From assembly GCA_950097015.1 (NCBI GenBank), contig CATNEN010000032.1:2542001-2606000 (forward strand): 64,000 bases of DNA, given 5' to 3'. A model generated the notes under the pieces. The model had not been told where the DNA came from, ran no database searches, and saw nothing but the letters and a program-made list of their open reading frames with translations. A program made the translations under genes and the position numbers. The stretch comes from Macrostomum hystrix (taxonomy: Eukaryota; Animalia; Platyhelminthes). Of this stretch, positions 36,689 through 54,464 are shown in pieces (the first letter of the stretch is position 1; each line of letters starts with the position of its first letter).

Positions 36689-38298
36689 TAGCCGATTTGG
36701 GCCTCTGAAGACTCCTTTATGAAAACTAAACTGGGCTACTAGTAGTAGGCTAGTGAGTATTTGTTCGAGAAAAAAAGTTTTTTTGTTAACTTTTTGGCAA
36801 CCTGCAAAATTTCAAACCTCGGTTTCTCCTGGTTTCGCTGTAAATCATTCAAAAGCGCCTTCTTAAAAATTAAGGCTCTGATTTTTTTAACTTTCAGGTG
36901 AAAAGTAAGTAGGATTTCATATTTTTCGACATTACCTTAGTTTAGACATTAACGCTCGTTTATTTCTCTTGGTTTGCTTTAGCAGCATAACGGTGTGCAA
37001 ATTTCGAACCGCTCTTTGTTTAACAACGGCGCGGCTAGCCAGAACCGGATCCAACCGGCTTAGAACTTTAGTTCATCTCTGTGTACTTTTCATAGCTTTT
37101 TCTATGAAGCAAACTAAAATTAAAAATATCATATGCTTTTGTAAGCTCACATTTCCGCTGTCGATTACAGAATGATCTAACTATCGTCAAAAATAAACTT
37201 TGTGAAGTCATCAATTACTAATTAAAAGTTTGATTATTCTAATCTGGATTAGCTACACAAGAAAGAAAAACTTGAGTTTAGATTATATTTCCATGACATC
37301 TGAGCACGGAGCACTAAGTCCATCAGATCTCATTGGTTGGGGCGGGACAGAAAATTATCAAAATCCACAGATTCTATGTCGCATGTCTTGAAAAAATATT
37401 TCAATTTTACGTTACTTGAAAAGTTTTCATGCAGATGAAAAAATACGTTAAAATGTTAGTATTTCTACTGAACAGAAAGTAGTATAAAATCTTCACCTAA
37501 AATGTGCCTGCGTGGCCCATCTATAAAATATAGATCTGTGCCAAAATCAAGGCAGATAAACTCACGGCAGCCAATCAGAATGCTTGGTGGACTGAGTCAG
37601 AGAGCTTAAATCTATTCCAGCCAATTACAGATAGGTTAGCGGAGGGTTGGGACGTGGGGTTTAAAAACAGGTTTGAATAAAAAAACTATTCTAATAGCAT
37701 TATTGATTTTCAAAATCGATTGACGCTGAAAACGTGGCGATTTTTTGTTGCCGACTAAAGCTCCAAGGACCACCAGGAAAAGTACTTTGTTATAAGACTT
37801 GTCTAGTCTAGTAATCCTTGTGCATTTCCTTATATCCTTTGGAAGTAGATATCAAATCATTCCCAAAATATAAGTCTGTCTATTTAGAACTCAGACAGGA
37901 AAACTATGAAACTTTCCAAAGGATATATGAGGTACCTACGTGTCACTCAAAGATAACCTACTTTTTTCGCTGTTACAAACCGTTAAAATAAAAGATAATA
38001 CAATTAACACATAAAAATAGCTTGCAGAAAAAATATAAAACGATAACTATAGAATGTGTACAAACAGTTCGCAATTAGATTCGTCACTGCACACAGTCTA
38101 GGAAACTAAAAACAACACAGGCTTCTAAGGATTTAGAGTTCTTTTCTAAAAATATAGAATATTAAAGAACAATTTTTTGAGGACAATGCTTCCAGAAAAA
38201 ATTGTAGCTTTCAATAAAATAAGCGTGTTTAAAACAATAAAAGTTGCGTCATAGTTTGTGAAGCTGAAATTTCAATTACTCCATTGAATTTTAGATTT

Positions 38299-44548
<6,250 letters not shown>

Positions 44549-45364
44549 GTTCCTCAGGTGTTATTATAATCTGTATAAACCTGTATAAGCAGTGGCACTA
44601 AAAGGTACTAAAACTTAGGTGCGCCAGTACAATAACTTTGCCTATAAGCAGCGATTTTATACTCGCAAAAGCCTCCACTTGAGCGTTAAAGTTGAAGGCG
44701 AGAAGGTCTTGGCAATAAGTGAGACGTCAGACTAAAATGGCATAAGCAGCTTATTTTTTTTAGTTTGGCGGCCCGTCTGCATCGTACTTTGAGGCCTTCG
44801 AGCGTTTTGATATTGGTTCGAACTAAAGCTCTCCTGTTTTCTCATTCCTTCTTTAAAATTTGCCATTCTCTTCAACTGACGAAACTGACGAAACAAATTA
44901 CCGTCTCAGGCGATTGTTTTCAACCGAGGAGGTCTGGAATGAAATGCCTAAATAACGTTGGGCAAAGTTCTGTGCATTGCGAAAGACTTATCTCGTCAGA
45001 AACAATAATGTGCATTCTCAGGCGAGAAGCATACCAAGGTAGCGGAATATTAATTACTGGTCTGCCATCTCCAAGCTGGCAAAAGCACTTCATATGACAG
45101 ACGGGGCTTGTGCCCTTTCTTACATATTTTTAATCACAAGACCTCAATAGAAATAGAATTGTAATAGAAACGCCAACCCTATTATTTCCAAGTATCGCAT
45201 GGTAAGAAAATATGTTATTTTCTTCTCACTTAAGAAGCCAGAAAGCTCTACAATGCGATAAATGATAGCTCAAAGCAGACGATATTCACGATACAAAATC
45301 TCGGCTTCTCAAAATTGTAATTCTCATATTTGTAAAGCAATTGGAAATTTTAAAGCATGAACTC

Positions 45365-47203
45365 CTAGTCCAACTGATCGGTCTGTTCCTCCTCTTCGTA
45401 AACAGTCTTCAGCTTTTTAAACACCGGCTGAATGACCTCGACGACGACCCTCCGTTGGCAGCTTCCGTGGGACCTCACCTCAAGCCAATGGGTCCACCGG
45501 AACAGGAACCGGAAGTAGCGAAACGTCTTCAGTGCAGCGAGCAGTCTCAGCAGGTCGAAGGCCAAATCAAAGTCGTTGTTGCACTTCTGGAAGGTCTCAG
45601 TGACGAAGGCGATGAGAAAGTTCAGCAGGTTGAGGCCAACGAACACGAAGAACAGCACGTGGATGATGAGGACCATTGCGCTGTCCAGGTTGAATGTGAT
45701 CATGTTGAGGATGATCTTGACTGACGAGTAGAGCGACAGCAAGCCGGTCTCGAAGTCGGGCGAGTCGACCAGGATGAAGAAGTCCAGGCTGAAGAGGATG
45801 ATCCAGTAGAAGAGCAACGGCAGCGCGGCCAGGAAGCTGGAGAGCATGCAGTGGAAGGTGAAGAAGAGCTTGCCGACAGACCTGGAAGCGATCTCGATGT
45901 ACTGCGCAAAGTGCAGCAGAGTGAACGCGATGAACAGCGTGTTCGACCCGATGAAGACCTGCTCAACAAAGCTGCTTGGCCTCATGTGCAAGTAGAAATC
46001 TGGATACTGCAGCAGCGAGGCAAACAAGAAAAAACTGCTGCCACTGATGAAAGCAACCGCCTGGTAGGCGTCGAAAATCCAACGGCGCACGAATTGGGCC
46101 CCAGAAGCGCCGCCTTGGGCAACAATCTGGAGACGACGTCTGCGCTCGGTGAGATGCAGAACTGCCTTAATTAGTAGGATTAGCAAGTGAAATGCAGACA
46201 GATATGAGATCATCAAATAGCTAGACAGCATTGACTCAAATGTGTCGCTGCACAACTTCTTTCGAACGGTCTGACTAAAAAATATCTTAAAGTACAATGT
46301 TGTATTGTATAGCGACGAGATGTTATAGCCATCACGAGTGGCTGCAGCAAAGGCAGCGCGATTGCAGTGAATGAGATTGCCAAAGCAGGACACTAGATCC
46401 ATGGCTGCCTCACTGACAACAGTAGCGAGGAAGATTATCGTCGGCACGCTCAGCACCAGCAGCCTGAGAAAAGTGATGATCCGAGTCTGACGAAACGTCA
46501 ACCGAAGCCACTGACGGGTCAGAGGGTCCTCCATTAGCTTTGACTTTTTCAGCGCCTCTACCTGACTCGAGGCCACGTAGGTGAGTAAGAGCAGAGGACT
46601 CACTCCGCATCGACTGCCGTGACTCAGGTCATAGTCGGTCAGGTCGTAGAGACGAATGGCCCATCCGCCGGATCGAGTCTCCGACTTCAGCAGGTAGTTC
46701 GGCAGGTGCAGCATCTTGCGAGCCAGACGGAATGCGCCGAACTTGACGCACGCCTCCAGAGGTCGGAGGCCGCTCGAGTCCTCTTGAGTGACCAGTCTGT
46801 CCAGCAGGCGAGGCTCTCTGCTCAGAGCGGAGAGGAGAACCGACTCCAGTCGTTTGGCTCGCTTGAACCTCGGCGCGTACATCAGACAGCGAGCCAGACT
46901 GTGCACCACGGTGCTGCCATCGAGCTCCAGCTGAGCCAGGTGGTCGGCGCTGTCCTCCAGCAGAGCCTCGAACACTCGCACCGACTGCAGCAGAATCGCC
47001 AGGTGGATGGCGTAGCCGAACTGCAAGCTGACGAAGCCCCACTTGCGGCGGCTTCTCGGCAGACAGCAGCAGATCTCGTGGCCCTCCGTGACGTCGACCA
47101 GCGGCTGAGCCAGCCTACTGGACAGGTCCGGCTTCATCGCCAGCAGGAAGGCGACCGGGTCGTCGTCCACCAGAGCAGCCAGCGCTACGTCAGCCGCTTC
47201 CAT
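45365..47203 (-). CDS. TRPV-like ankyrin/6TM cation channel, copy 1 (intronless)
   Basis: Ankyrin-like HLAILLQ, GSTVVHSLA and SGLRPLEACVKFG; the TRPV linker motif LYDLTDYD; six hydrophobic segments; S6 GLNLLNFLIAFVTETFQK. The start is placed at the ATG shared by all three copies; another in-frame ATG exists at 47323. Confidence 0.8.
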   Translation of the reverse strand: MEAADVALAALVDDDPVAFLLAMKPDLSSRLAQPLVDVTEGHEICCCLPRSRRKWGFVSLQFGYAIHLAILLQSVRVFEALLEDSADHLAQLELDGSTVVHSLARCLMYAPRFKRAKRLESVLLSALSREPRLLDRLVTQEDSSGLRPLEACVKFGAFRLARKMLHLPNYLLKSETRSGGWAIRLYDLTDYDLSHGSRCGVSPLLLLTYVASSQVEALKKSKLMEDPLTRQWLRLTFRQTRIITFLRLLVLSVPTIIFLATVVSEAAMDLVSCFGNLIHCNRAAFAAATRDGYNISSLYNTTLYFKIFFSQTVRKKLCSDTFESMLSSYLMISYLSAFHLLILLIKAVLHLTERRRRLQIVAQGGASGAQFVRRWIFDAYQAVAFISGSSFFLFASLLQYPDFYLHMRPSSFVEQVFIGSNTLFIAFTLLHFAQYIEIASRSVGKLFFTFHCMLSSFLAALPLLFYWIILFSLDFFILVDSPDFETGLLSLYSSVKIILNMITFNLDSAMVLIIHVLFFVFVGLNLLNFLIAFVTETFQKCNNDFDLAFDLLRLLAALKTFRYFRFLFRWTHWLEVRSHGSCQRRVVVEVIQPVFKKLKTVYEEEEQTDQLD

Positions 47204-47954
47204 GCTGAACTTGGTTGCCGCAGCGACTGCTATTGAGCAGGGAGCAACCTGGTTTCGAACTTTCTTAGTATTATTATAAGTGTGAAATTCAACGGACTCG
47301 GTTATTGCTTGACCCGTGCTCATTGCAGGTAAACGAGGAAACTTTTCTGGCAGGTCTCCGAAGATATTTTCGGGCTAAATTTTCCCACAATGCTCAGGTC
47401 GATGCTTTTATACTGAGCGCGGGGGACGCGAAATCCTACTGGTGCCATGTCGAATCGCTGGGGTGGCAGTTCCTGGTTCGTCTGAGGAGGCCCTGGTCTC
47501 TTCTGTGGGGCACAACAGCCTGAGCAAACAGTCTCACAGATTACGAGTGCCACTCAATGACTGCGGACTAGATGATTGTTTGCTAGGCTCAATGCCCAAT
47601 CAGACCTTGTTTGCTAATGTTAATATCGATGCATTAGCTGGCTGATGTTTGGTTTTAGTCATTATTCCAGGTGCTGCCAAATTGGACTTCAAACTATTTT
47701 TCTGCCTTAGAAATTAAACGAACCCAAAGATCTACTTAAACCTGAGTTTCTGATACCGCGTGCTAAAAGATAGTATTCGTTAGGATTTAGATTAGCCACA
47801 ATGAATGTTAGCTCAGCTGAGCTGAATGTTTAGATTTATTTCTCCCACAATCGGAGATCTGCTCGCAATATGTTTGAATAGGCCCTGGCGTTGACTTTGC
47901 AGTTTTAGTGAGGGCTGCATTCGACTTACCGTAATAGGAAAATTTACCAAGTAA

Positions 47955-49540
47955 TGCTGATCTGAATCCTCTACACACACTGGGATTTCTGAATCTAAAT
48001 CCTCTACAAACAATGGGATTACTGAATCTGAATCCTCTACACACAATGGGATTACTGAATCTAAATCCTCTACACACACTGGGATTTCTGAATCTAAATC
48101 CTCTACAAACAATGGGATTACTGAATCTGAATCCTCTACACATAATGGGATTTCTGAATCTGAATCCTCTACAAACAATGGGATTTCTGAATCTGAATCC
48201 TCTACACACAATGGGATTTCTGAATCTGAATCCTCTACACACACTGGGATTTCTGAATCTAAATCCTCTACAAACAATGGGATTACTGAATCTGAATCCT
48301 CTACACACAATGGGATTTCTGAATCTGAATCCTCTACACACAATGGGATTACTGTATCTGAATCCTCAACACACAATGGGATCACTGAATCTGAATCCTC
48401 TACAAACAATGGGATTACTGAATCTGAATCCTCTACACACAATGGGATTACTGTATCTGAATCCTCAAGACACAATGGGATCACTGAATCTGAATCCTCT
48501 ACACACAATGGGATTTCTGAATCTGAATCCTCTACACACACTGGGATTACTGAATCTAAATCCTCTACAAACAATGGGATTACTGAATCTGAATCCTCTA
48601 CACACAATGGGATTACTGTATCTGAATCCTCAAGACACAATGGGATCACTGAATCTGAATCCTCTACACACAATGGGATTTCTGAATCTGAATCCTCTAC
48701 ACACACTGGGATTTCTGAATCTGAATCCTCTACAAACAATGGGATTACTGAATCTGAATCCTCTACACACAATGGGATTACTGAATCTGAATCCTCTACA
48801 AACAATGGGATTACTGAATCTGAATCCTCTACAAACAATGGGATTACTGAATCTGAATCCTCTACAAACAATGGGATTACTGAATCTGAATCCTCTACAA
48901 ACAATGGGATTACTGAATCTGAATCCTCTACAAACAATGGGATTACTGAATCTGAATCCTCTACACACTATGGGATTACTGAATCTGAATCCTCTACAAA
49001 CAATGGGATTACTGAATCTGAATCCTCTACAAACAATGGGATTACTGAATCTGAATCCTCTACAAACAATGGGATTTCTGAATCTAAATCCTCTACAAAC
49101 AATGGGATTTCTGAATCTGAATCCTCTACAAACAATGGGATTACTGAATCTGAATCCTCTACAAACAATGGGATTACTGAATCTGAATCCTCTACACACA
49201 ATGGGATTACTGAATCTGAATCCTCTACAAACAATGGGATTTCTGAATCTAAATCCTCTACAAACAATGGGATTTCTGAATCTAAATCCTCTACAAACAA
49301 TGGGATTACTGAATCTGAATCCTCTACAAACAATGGGATTACTGAATCTGATTCCTCTACACCCAATGGGATTTCTGTATCTGAATCCTCAACACACAAT
49401 GGGATTACTGAATCTGAATCCTCTACAAACAATGGGATTACTGTATCTGAATCCTCTACACACAATGGGATTACTGTATCTGAATCCTCTACACACAATG
49501 GGATTACTGTATCTGAATCCTCTACACACAATGGGATTAC
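47955..49540. repeat. 33-bp minisatellite (CTGAATCTGAATCCTCTACACACAATGGGATTA)
   Basis: About 48 units between the divergent TRPV copies 1 and 2. Confidence 0.96.
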
Positions 49541-50112
49541 AGCTTATTGGCCTATTTATTGTCCTAGTTTAAGTCTAGGCACTAGTGCTTTGGCTTGGAA
49601 TAAACAATCATTAGACAGTAAGTACTCCATATCAAAGTGCATTGTATTGCTTAGACGGCCGAGCAGTGGCAGGCTGGCCCTACTGAAATGAACCACGCAG
49701 CAACAATGGGAATATTGAATATATCAGATAGCGATTGGAATTCCAAGTTGGCCCAAGTTAGAGTGCTGAAGTCCTGGGTGGATCGCAGAGAGGACAGCTG
49801 CAATGGCAGTGGAAAGTTGGTCCGCAGTAAACGCCTTGGCATGGACACACAGCAATGGGCACACAGCAATGGGCACACAGAGGAACTAAAGGCAATTGGG
49901 CAAGAAGCTGCTACTGCGCTGTGAACGCAGCCGCTTTGTGCAGGCGGGCGTACAGGGTAAAGGCCTGTAGGGTGCTGTAGCTGTACTTAAGTTTAAATTT
50001 ACAGCATATAAAAAGCGTCCTTGAATTATTTACTCAACGTTCAATCAGCTCAAGCTGTAAAAAAACATTTCGGTACAGAAACTCTTCCTGAGTTTTTTGG
50101 AAAAAATTAGGC

Positions 50113-52014
50113 ATGGAAGCGGCTGACGCAGCGCTGGCTGCTCTGGTGGACGACGACCCGGTCGCCTTCCTGCTGGCGATGAAGCCGGACCTGTCCAGTA
50201 GGCTGGCTCAGCCGCTGGTCGACGTCACGGAGGGCCACGAGATCTGCTGCTGTCTGCCGAGAAGCCGCCGCAAGTGGGGCTTCGTCAGCTTGCAGTTCGG
50301 CTACGCCATCCACCTGGCGATTCTGCTGCAGTCGGTGCGAGTGTTCGAGGCTCTGCTGGAGGACAGCGCCGACCACCTGGCTCAGCTGGAGCTCGATGGC
50401 AGTACCGTGGTGCACAGTCTGGCTCGCTGTCTGATGTACGCGCCGAGGTTCAAGCGAGCCAAACGACTGGAGTCGGTTCTCCTCTCCGCTCTGAGCAGAG
50501 AGCCTCGCCTGCTGGACAGACTGGTCACTCAAGAGGACTCGAGCGGCCTCCGACCTCTGGAGGCGTGCGTCAAGTTCGGCGCATTCCGTCTGGCTCGCAA
50601 GATGCTGCACCTGCCGAACTACCTGCTGAAGTCGGAGACTCGATCCGGCGGATGGGCCATTCGTCTCTACGACCTGACCGACTATGACCTGAGTCACGGC
50701 AGTCGATGCGGAGTGAGTCCTCTGCTCTTACTCACCTACGTGGCCTCGAGTCAGGTAGAGGCGCTGAAAAAGTCAAAGCTAATGGAGGACCCTCTGACCC
50801 GTCAGTGGCTTCGGTTGACGTTTCGTCAGACTCGGATCATAACTTTTCTCAGGCTGCTGGTGCTGAGTCTGCCAACGCTGACGTTTCTGCTCACAATAGT
50901 CTCCCAGTCCGTGATGCTGATGGTTTCCAGTTTCGGACTTCTGGTGCATTGCAATCGGGCCACATTTACTGCAGCTGGAAAACTGGGTCTGAATGCAACC
51001 GCCCTGCTCAATACCACACTATATTTGAATCTGTTTTTTGAGCAAACTGTCAAGTACACTAAGTGTCATAGCATCGTGAACGCGATGCTCATTAACAGCC
51101 ACTTGATCTGGGCAGTGCTAGTCTTCATGATGCTGATGCTGATTGTGAAGTCCATATTGTGGTTCATCGAACGAAGCCAGCGTGCGAAGCTTCTGACTGC
51201 TGACAACTGGCAATCCGGAGCTCCCTTCGTCAGACGCACGATGTTCGACTTCTACTTGCTCATGGCCATCATTAGTGGTGCCTGCTTCCAGGCAGTTCTG
51301 TTGGACAACTTTGCTTCGAATGAGATAAGCTGGTACCAGTTGCTGCTGCCAATCAACCAGCGCTCGGGACGGGTCATCGAGCAACTCTTTCTAGGCTCTA
51401 ACGCACTCTTCATCACGACAGTGCTGTTGCACTTTTCGCAATACCTGGAGATTGTTACGAAAAGCATAGGCAAACTGTTCTTCACTTTCCACAGCATGAT
51501 GACCAGCTTTCTGGCATCGTTGCCACTGCTCTATTTCTGGATCATTCTCTTCAGCTTGATCTTTTTCATTCTGGTGGACTCGCCTGACTTTGCCAGTGGT
51601 CCGCTATCGCTCTACGCCTCTGTGAAGGTCATCCTCAACATGATAACTTTCGACCTTGACAGTTCTATTGTTCTAATAATTCATATTGTCTTCTTTGTCT
51701 TTGTCGGCATCAACCTGCTGAACTTTCTCATCGCCTTCGTCACTGAGACCTTCCAGAAGTGCAACAACGACTTTGATTTGGCGTTCGACCTGCTGAGACT
51801 GCTCGCTGCACTGAAGACGTTTCGCTACTTCCGGTTCCTGTTCCGGTGGACCCATTGGCTTGAGGTGAGGTCCCACAGAAGCTGCAGACGGCGGGTGGTC
51901 GCTGAAGTCATTCACCCGGCGTTCAAGTGCCCGCAAAGTTGCAGTTTGAATGAAGGTGCGACATTGTGGCGGGCACCAATGGTTGCTAATGGGAACCAGA
52001 ATCGAGTTGTTTAG
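50113..52014 (+). CDS. TRPV-like ankyrin/6TM cation channel, copy 2 (intronless, 633 aa)
   Basis: Same motifs as copy 1 in an intact ORF, with near-identical N-terminal ~250 aa. Confidence 0.8.
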   Translation: MEAADAALAALVDDDPVAFLLAMKPDLSSRLAQPLVDVTEGHEICCCLPRSRRKWGFVSLQFGYAIHLAILLQSVRVFEALLEDSADHLAQLELDGSTVVHSLARCLMYAPRFKRAKRLESVLLSALSREPRLLDRLVTQEDSSGLRPLEACVKFGAFRLARKMLHLPNYLLKSETRSGGWAIRLYDLTDYDLSHGSRCGVSPLLLLTYVASSQVEALKKSKLMEDPLTRQWLRLTFRQTRIITFLRLLVLSLPTLTFLLTIVSQSVMLMVSSFGLLVHCNRATFTAAGKLGLNATALLNTTLYLNLFFEQTVKYTKCHSIVNAMLINSHLIWAVLVFMMLMLIVKSILWFIERSQRAKLLTADNWQSGAPFVRRTMFDFYLLMAIISGACFQAVLLDNFASNEISWYQLLLPINQRSGRVIEQLFLGSNALFITTVLLHFSQYLEIVTKSIGKLFFTFHSMMTSFLASLPLLYFWIILFSLIFFILVDSPDFASGPLSLYASVKVILNMITFDLDSSIVLIIHIVFFVFVGINLLNFLIAFVTETFQKCNNDFDLAFDLLRLLAALKTFRYFRFLFRWTHWLEVRSHRSCRRRVVAEVIHPAFKCPQSCSLNEGATLWRAPMVANGNQNRVV

Positions 52015-52573
52015 CTGGCATGTGAACAATGACCCAAAAGGCCGAAAAAATATGTTGCTTTCATGAGCAAACATTTCGCGCAATCGTTATTATAGGACGC
52101 AACTTCGTCACGTGTGTTCATTTCAAACAAGTATTTATTTTCAGGTTTTATTTTTTTAATTTTGGTTTGGATTTAAAAAATAGTTATTGTACATCTCTGC
52201 ATGATTTTATTGTTTTCTCTTAAAAAATAAGGTATTGTCTTCTATTAATGAGAGTGGTTTTTCGCTGAGAACCTGCGTATGCAAAAGATGTGCGAGCCGA
52301 ACTAACAAACACTGGGACTATTTCAAAACCCATGTTTTTCTTTTTTATCTCCCAAAATAAACTTTGATTTTACCAATAAATCAAGGGAAAAGAAAGCAAT
52401 CATACGAATCAAAGGATAGCGCATTTCACAGGTGTTACAGCTTTCGCCGGATAGAAGCAAGAGCTTGTTAGTGTCAAGACCATACTTTGGTCATGGGTGG
52501 TCCTGTTAGAAAGAACTATTCAATGCGAGCAAGATAAAAACGCAAAATAAACGAATTCCGACTATGTCAAATG

Positions 52574-54464
52574 TCAAGTTTCATGGAACGGTGCAAACTC
52601 GAGCGGAGAAAAGCCTCCATTTCGCTGATTCGACTTCACATTTATTAGTTTGTGGACTTTAAACACCGGCTGAATGGCCTCGACGACGACCCTCCGTTGG
52701 CAGCTTCCGTGGGACCTCACCTCAAGCCAATGGGTCCACCGGAACAGGAACCGGAAGTAGCGAAACGTCTTCAGTGAGGCGAGCAGTCTCAGCAGGTCGA
52801 AGGCCAAATCAAAGTCGTTGTTGCACTTCTGAAAGGTCTCAGTGACGAAGGCGATGAGAAAGTTCAGCAGGTTGAGGCCAACGAACACGAAGAACAGCAC
52901 GTGGATGATGAGGACCATTGCGCTGTCCAGGTTGAATGTGATCATGTTGAGGATGATCTTGACTGACGAGTAGAGCGACAGCAAGCCGGTCTCGAAGTCG
53001 GGCGAGTCGACCAGGATGAAGAAGTCCAGGCTGAAGAGGATGATCCAGTAGAAGAGCAACGGCAGCGCGGCCAGGAAGCTGGAGAGCATGCAGTGGAAGG
53101 TGAAGAAGAGCTTGCCGACAGACCTGGAAGCGATCTCGATGTACTGCGCAAAGTGCAGCAGAGTGAACGCGATGAACAGCGTGTTCGACCCGATGAAGAC
53201 CTGCTCAACTATTTTTCCCCCGGTTCCGATCACTTGGATACAACTTTAGATAGAACCTCTCTGACTTCAGGATGAATGTGAAAACGACAAAGCAGAAGCC
53301 ACTGGAAATCGCGATCACATGATAGCCGTCGAAGATGACCCTGCGAATGAACCTGTCGAACAGGGACCAATTGTCAGCGGTCAACAGTTTCTGCCTCTGT
53401 GAGCGTTCGATGGCAGAGAAGATAAGCTTCAGGGCGGCCGTCAGACACATAAAGGAAGTCACCATGCAAATGACCATAAAATTGACATCCATAAATTGCA
53501 GGATTTGGATGCAACCGTTCGACTTAACCGTGCGCTGATCGAACAGATCATAGTAAAGGCTTGTGTTGCTCAGCATACTCTCGTTTAGTCCAGCCGAAGC
53601 TGCAGCCGAAAAAGTTGCCCGATTGCAGTGAATGAGATTGCCAAAGCATGCTACAATCATCATGACAGGGTCACTCACAACCGTAAGCAAAAACAGGACA
53701 GTCGGGGCGCTTAATACAAGCAGCCTGAGAAAAGTGATGATCCGAGTCTGACGAAACGTCAACCGAAGCCACTGACGGGTCAGAGGGTCCTCCATCAGCT
53801 TGGACTTTTTCAGCGCCTCTACCTGACTCGAGGCCACGTAGGTGAGTAAGAGCAGAGGACTCACTCCGCATCGACTGCCGTGACTCAGGTCATAGTCGGT
53901 CAGGTCGTAGAGACGAATGGCCCATCCGCCGGATCGAGTCTCCGACTTCAGCAGGTAGTTCGGCAGGTGCAGCATCTTGCGAGCCAGACGGAATGCGCCG
54001 AACTTGACGCACGCCTCCAGAGGTCGGAGGCCGCTCGAGTCCTCTTGAGTGACCAGTCTGTCCAGCAGGCGAGGCTCTCTGCTCAGAGCGGAGAGGAGAA
54101 CCGACTCCAGTCGTTTGGCTCGCTTGAACCTCGGCGCGTACATCAGACAGCGAGCCAGACTGTGCACCACGGTACTGCCATCGAGCTCCAGCTGAGCCAG
54201 GTGGTCGGCGCTGTCCTCCAGCAGAGCCTCGAACACTCGCACCGACTGCAGCAGAATCGCCAGGTGGATGGCGTAGCCGAACTGCAAGCTGACGAAGCCC
54301 CACTTGCGGCGGCTTCTCGGCAGACGGCAGCAGATCTCGTGGCCCTCCGTGACGTCGACCAGCGGCTGAGCCAGCCTACTGGACAGGTCCGGCTTCATCG
54401 CCAGCAGGAAGGCGACCGGGTCGTCGTCCACCAGAGCAGCCAGCGCTACGTCAGCCGCTTCCAT
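52574..54464 (-). pseudogene. TRPV-like channel, copy 3, with a 1-nt frameshift at ~53211-53221 (pseudogene or sequencing error)
   Basis: ORFs 54530-53205 and 53233-52574 become one full-length paralogue if one A is removed from GGGGGAAAAA (giving ..RNRGKIVEQVF..). No other lesion was seen. Confidence 0.6.

Noticed and set aside
33346-36722. Antisense and alternative-frame ORFs over AJM1, the TRPV copies and profilin
   Set aside because: These are expected shadows of GC-rich coding sequence, with no independent motifs.
37320-37700. CCAAT/GC/TATA-like motifs between the convergent AJM1 and OTOP ends
   Set aside because: These are short motifs expected by chance, with no downstream gene to support a promoter.
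53205-53225. Programmed -1 ribosomal frameshift in TRPV copy 3
   Set aside because: The required shift is +1, and no X_XXY_YYZ heptamer lies in the zero frame.
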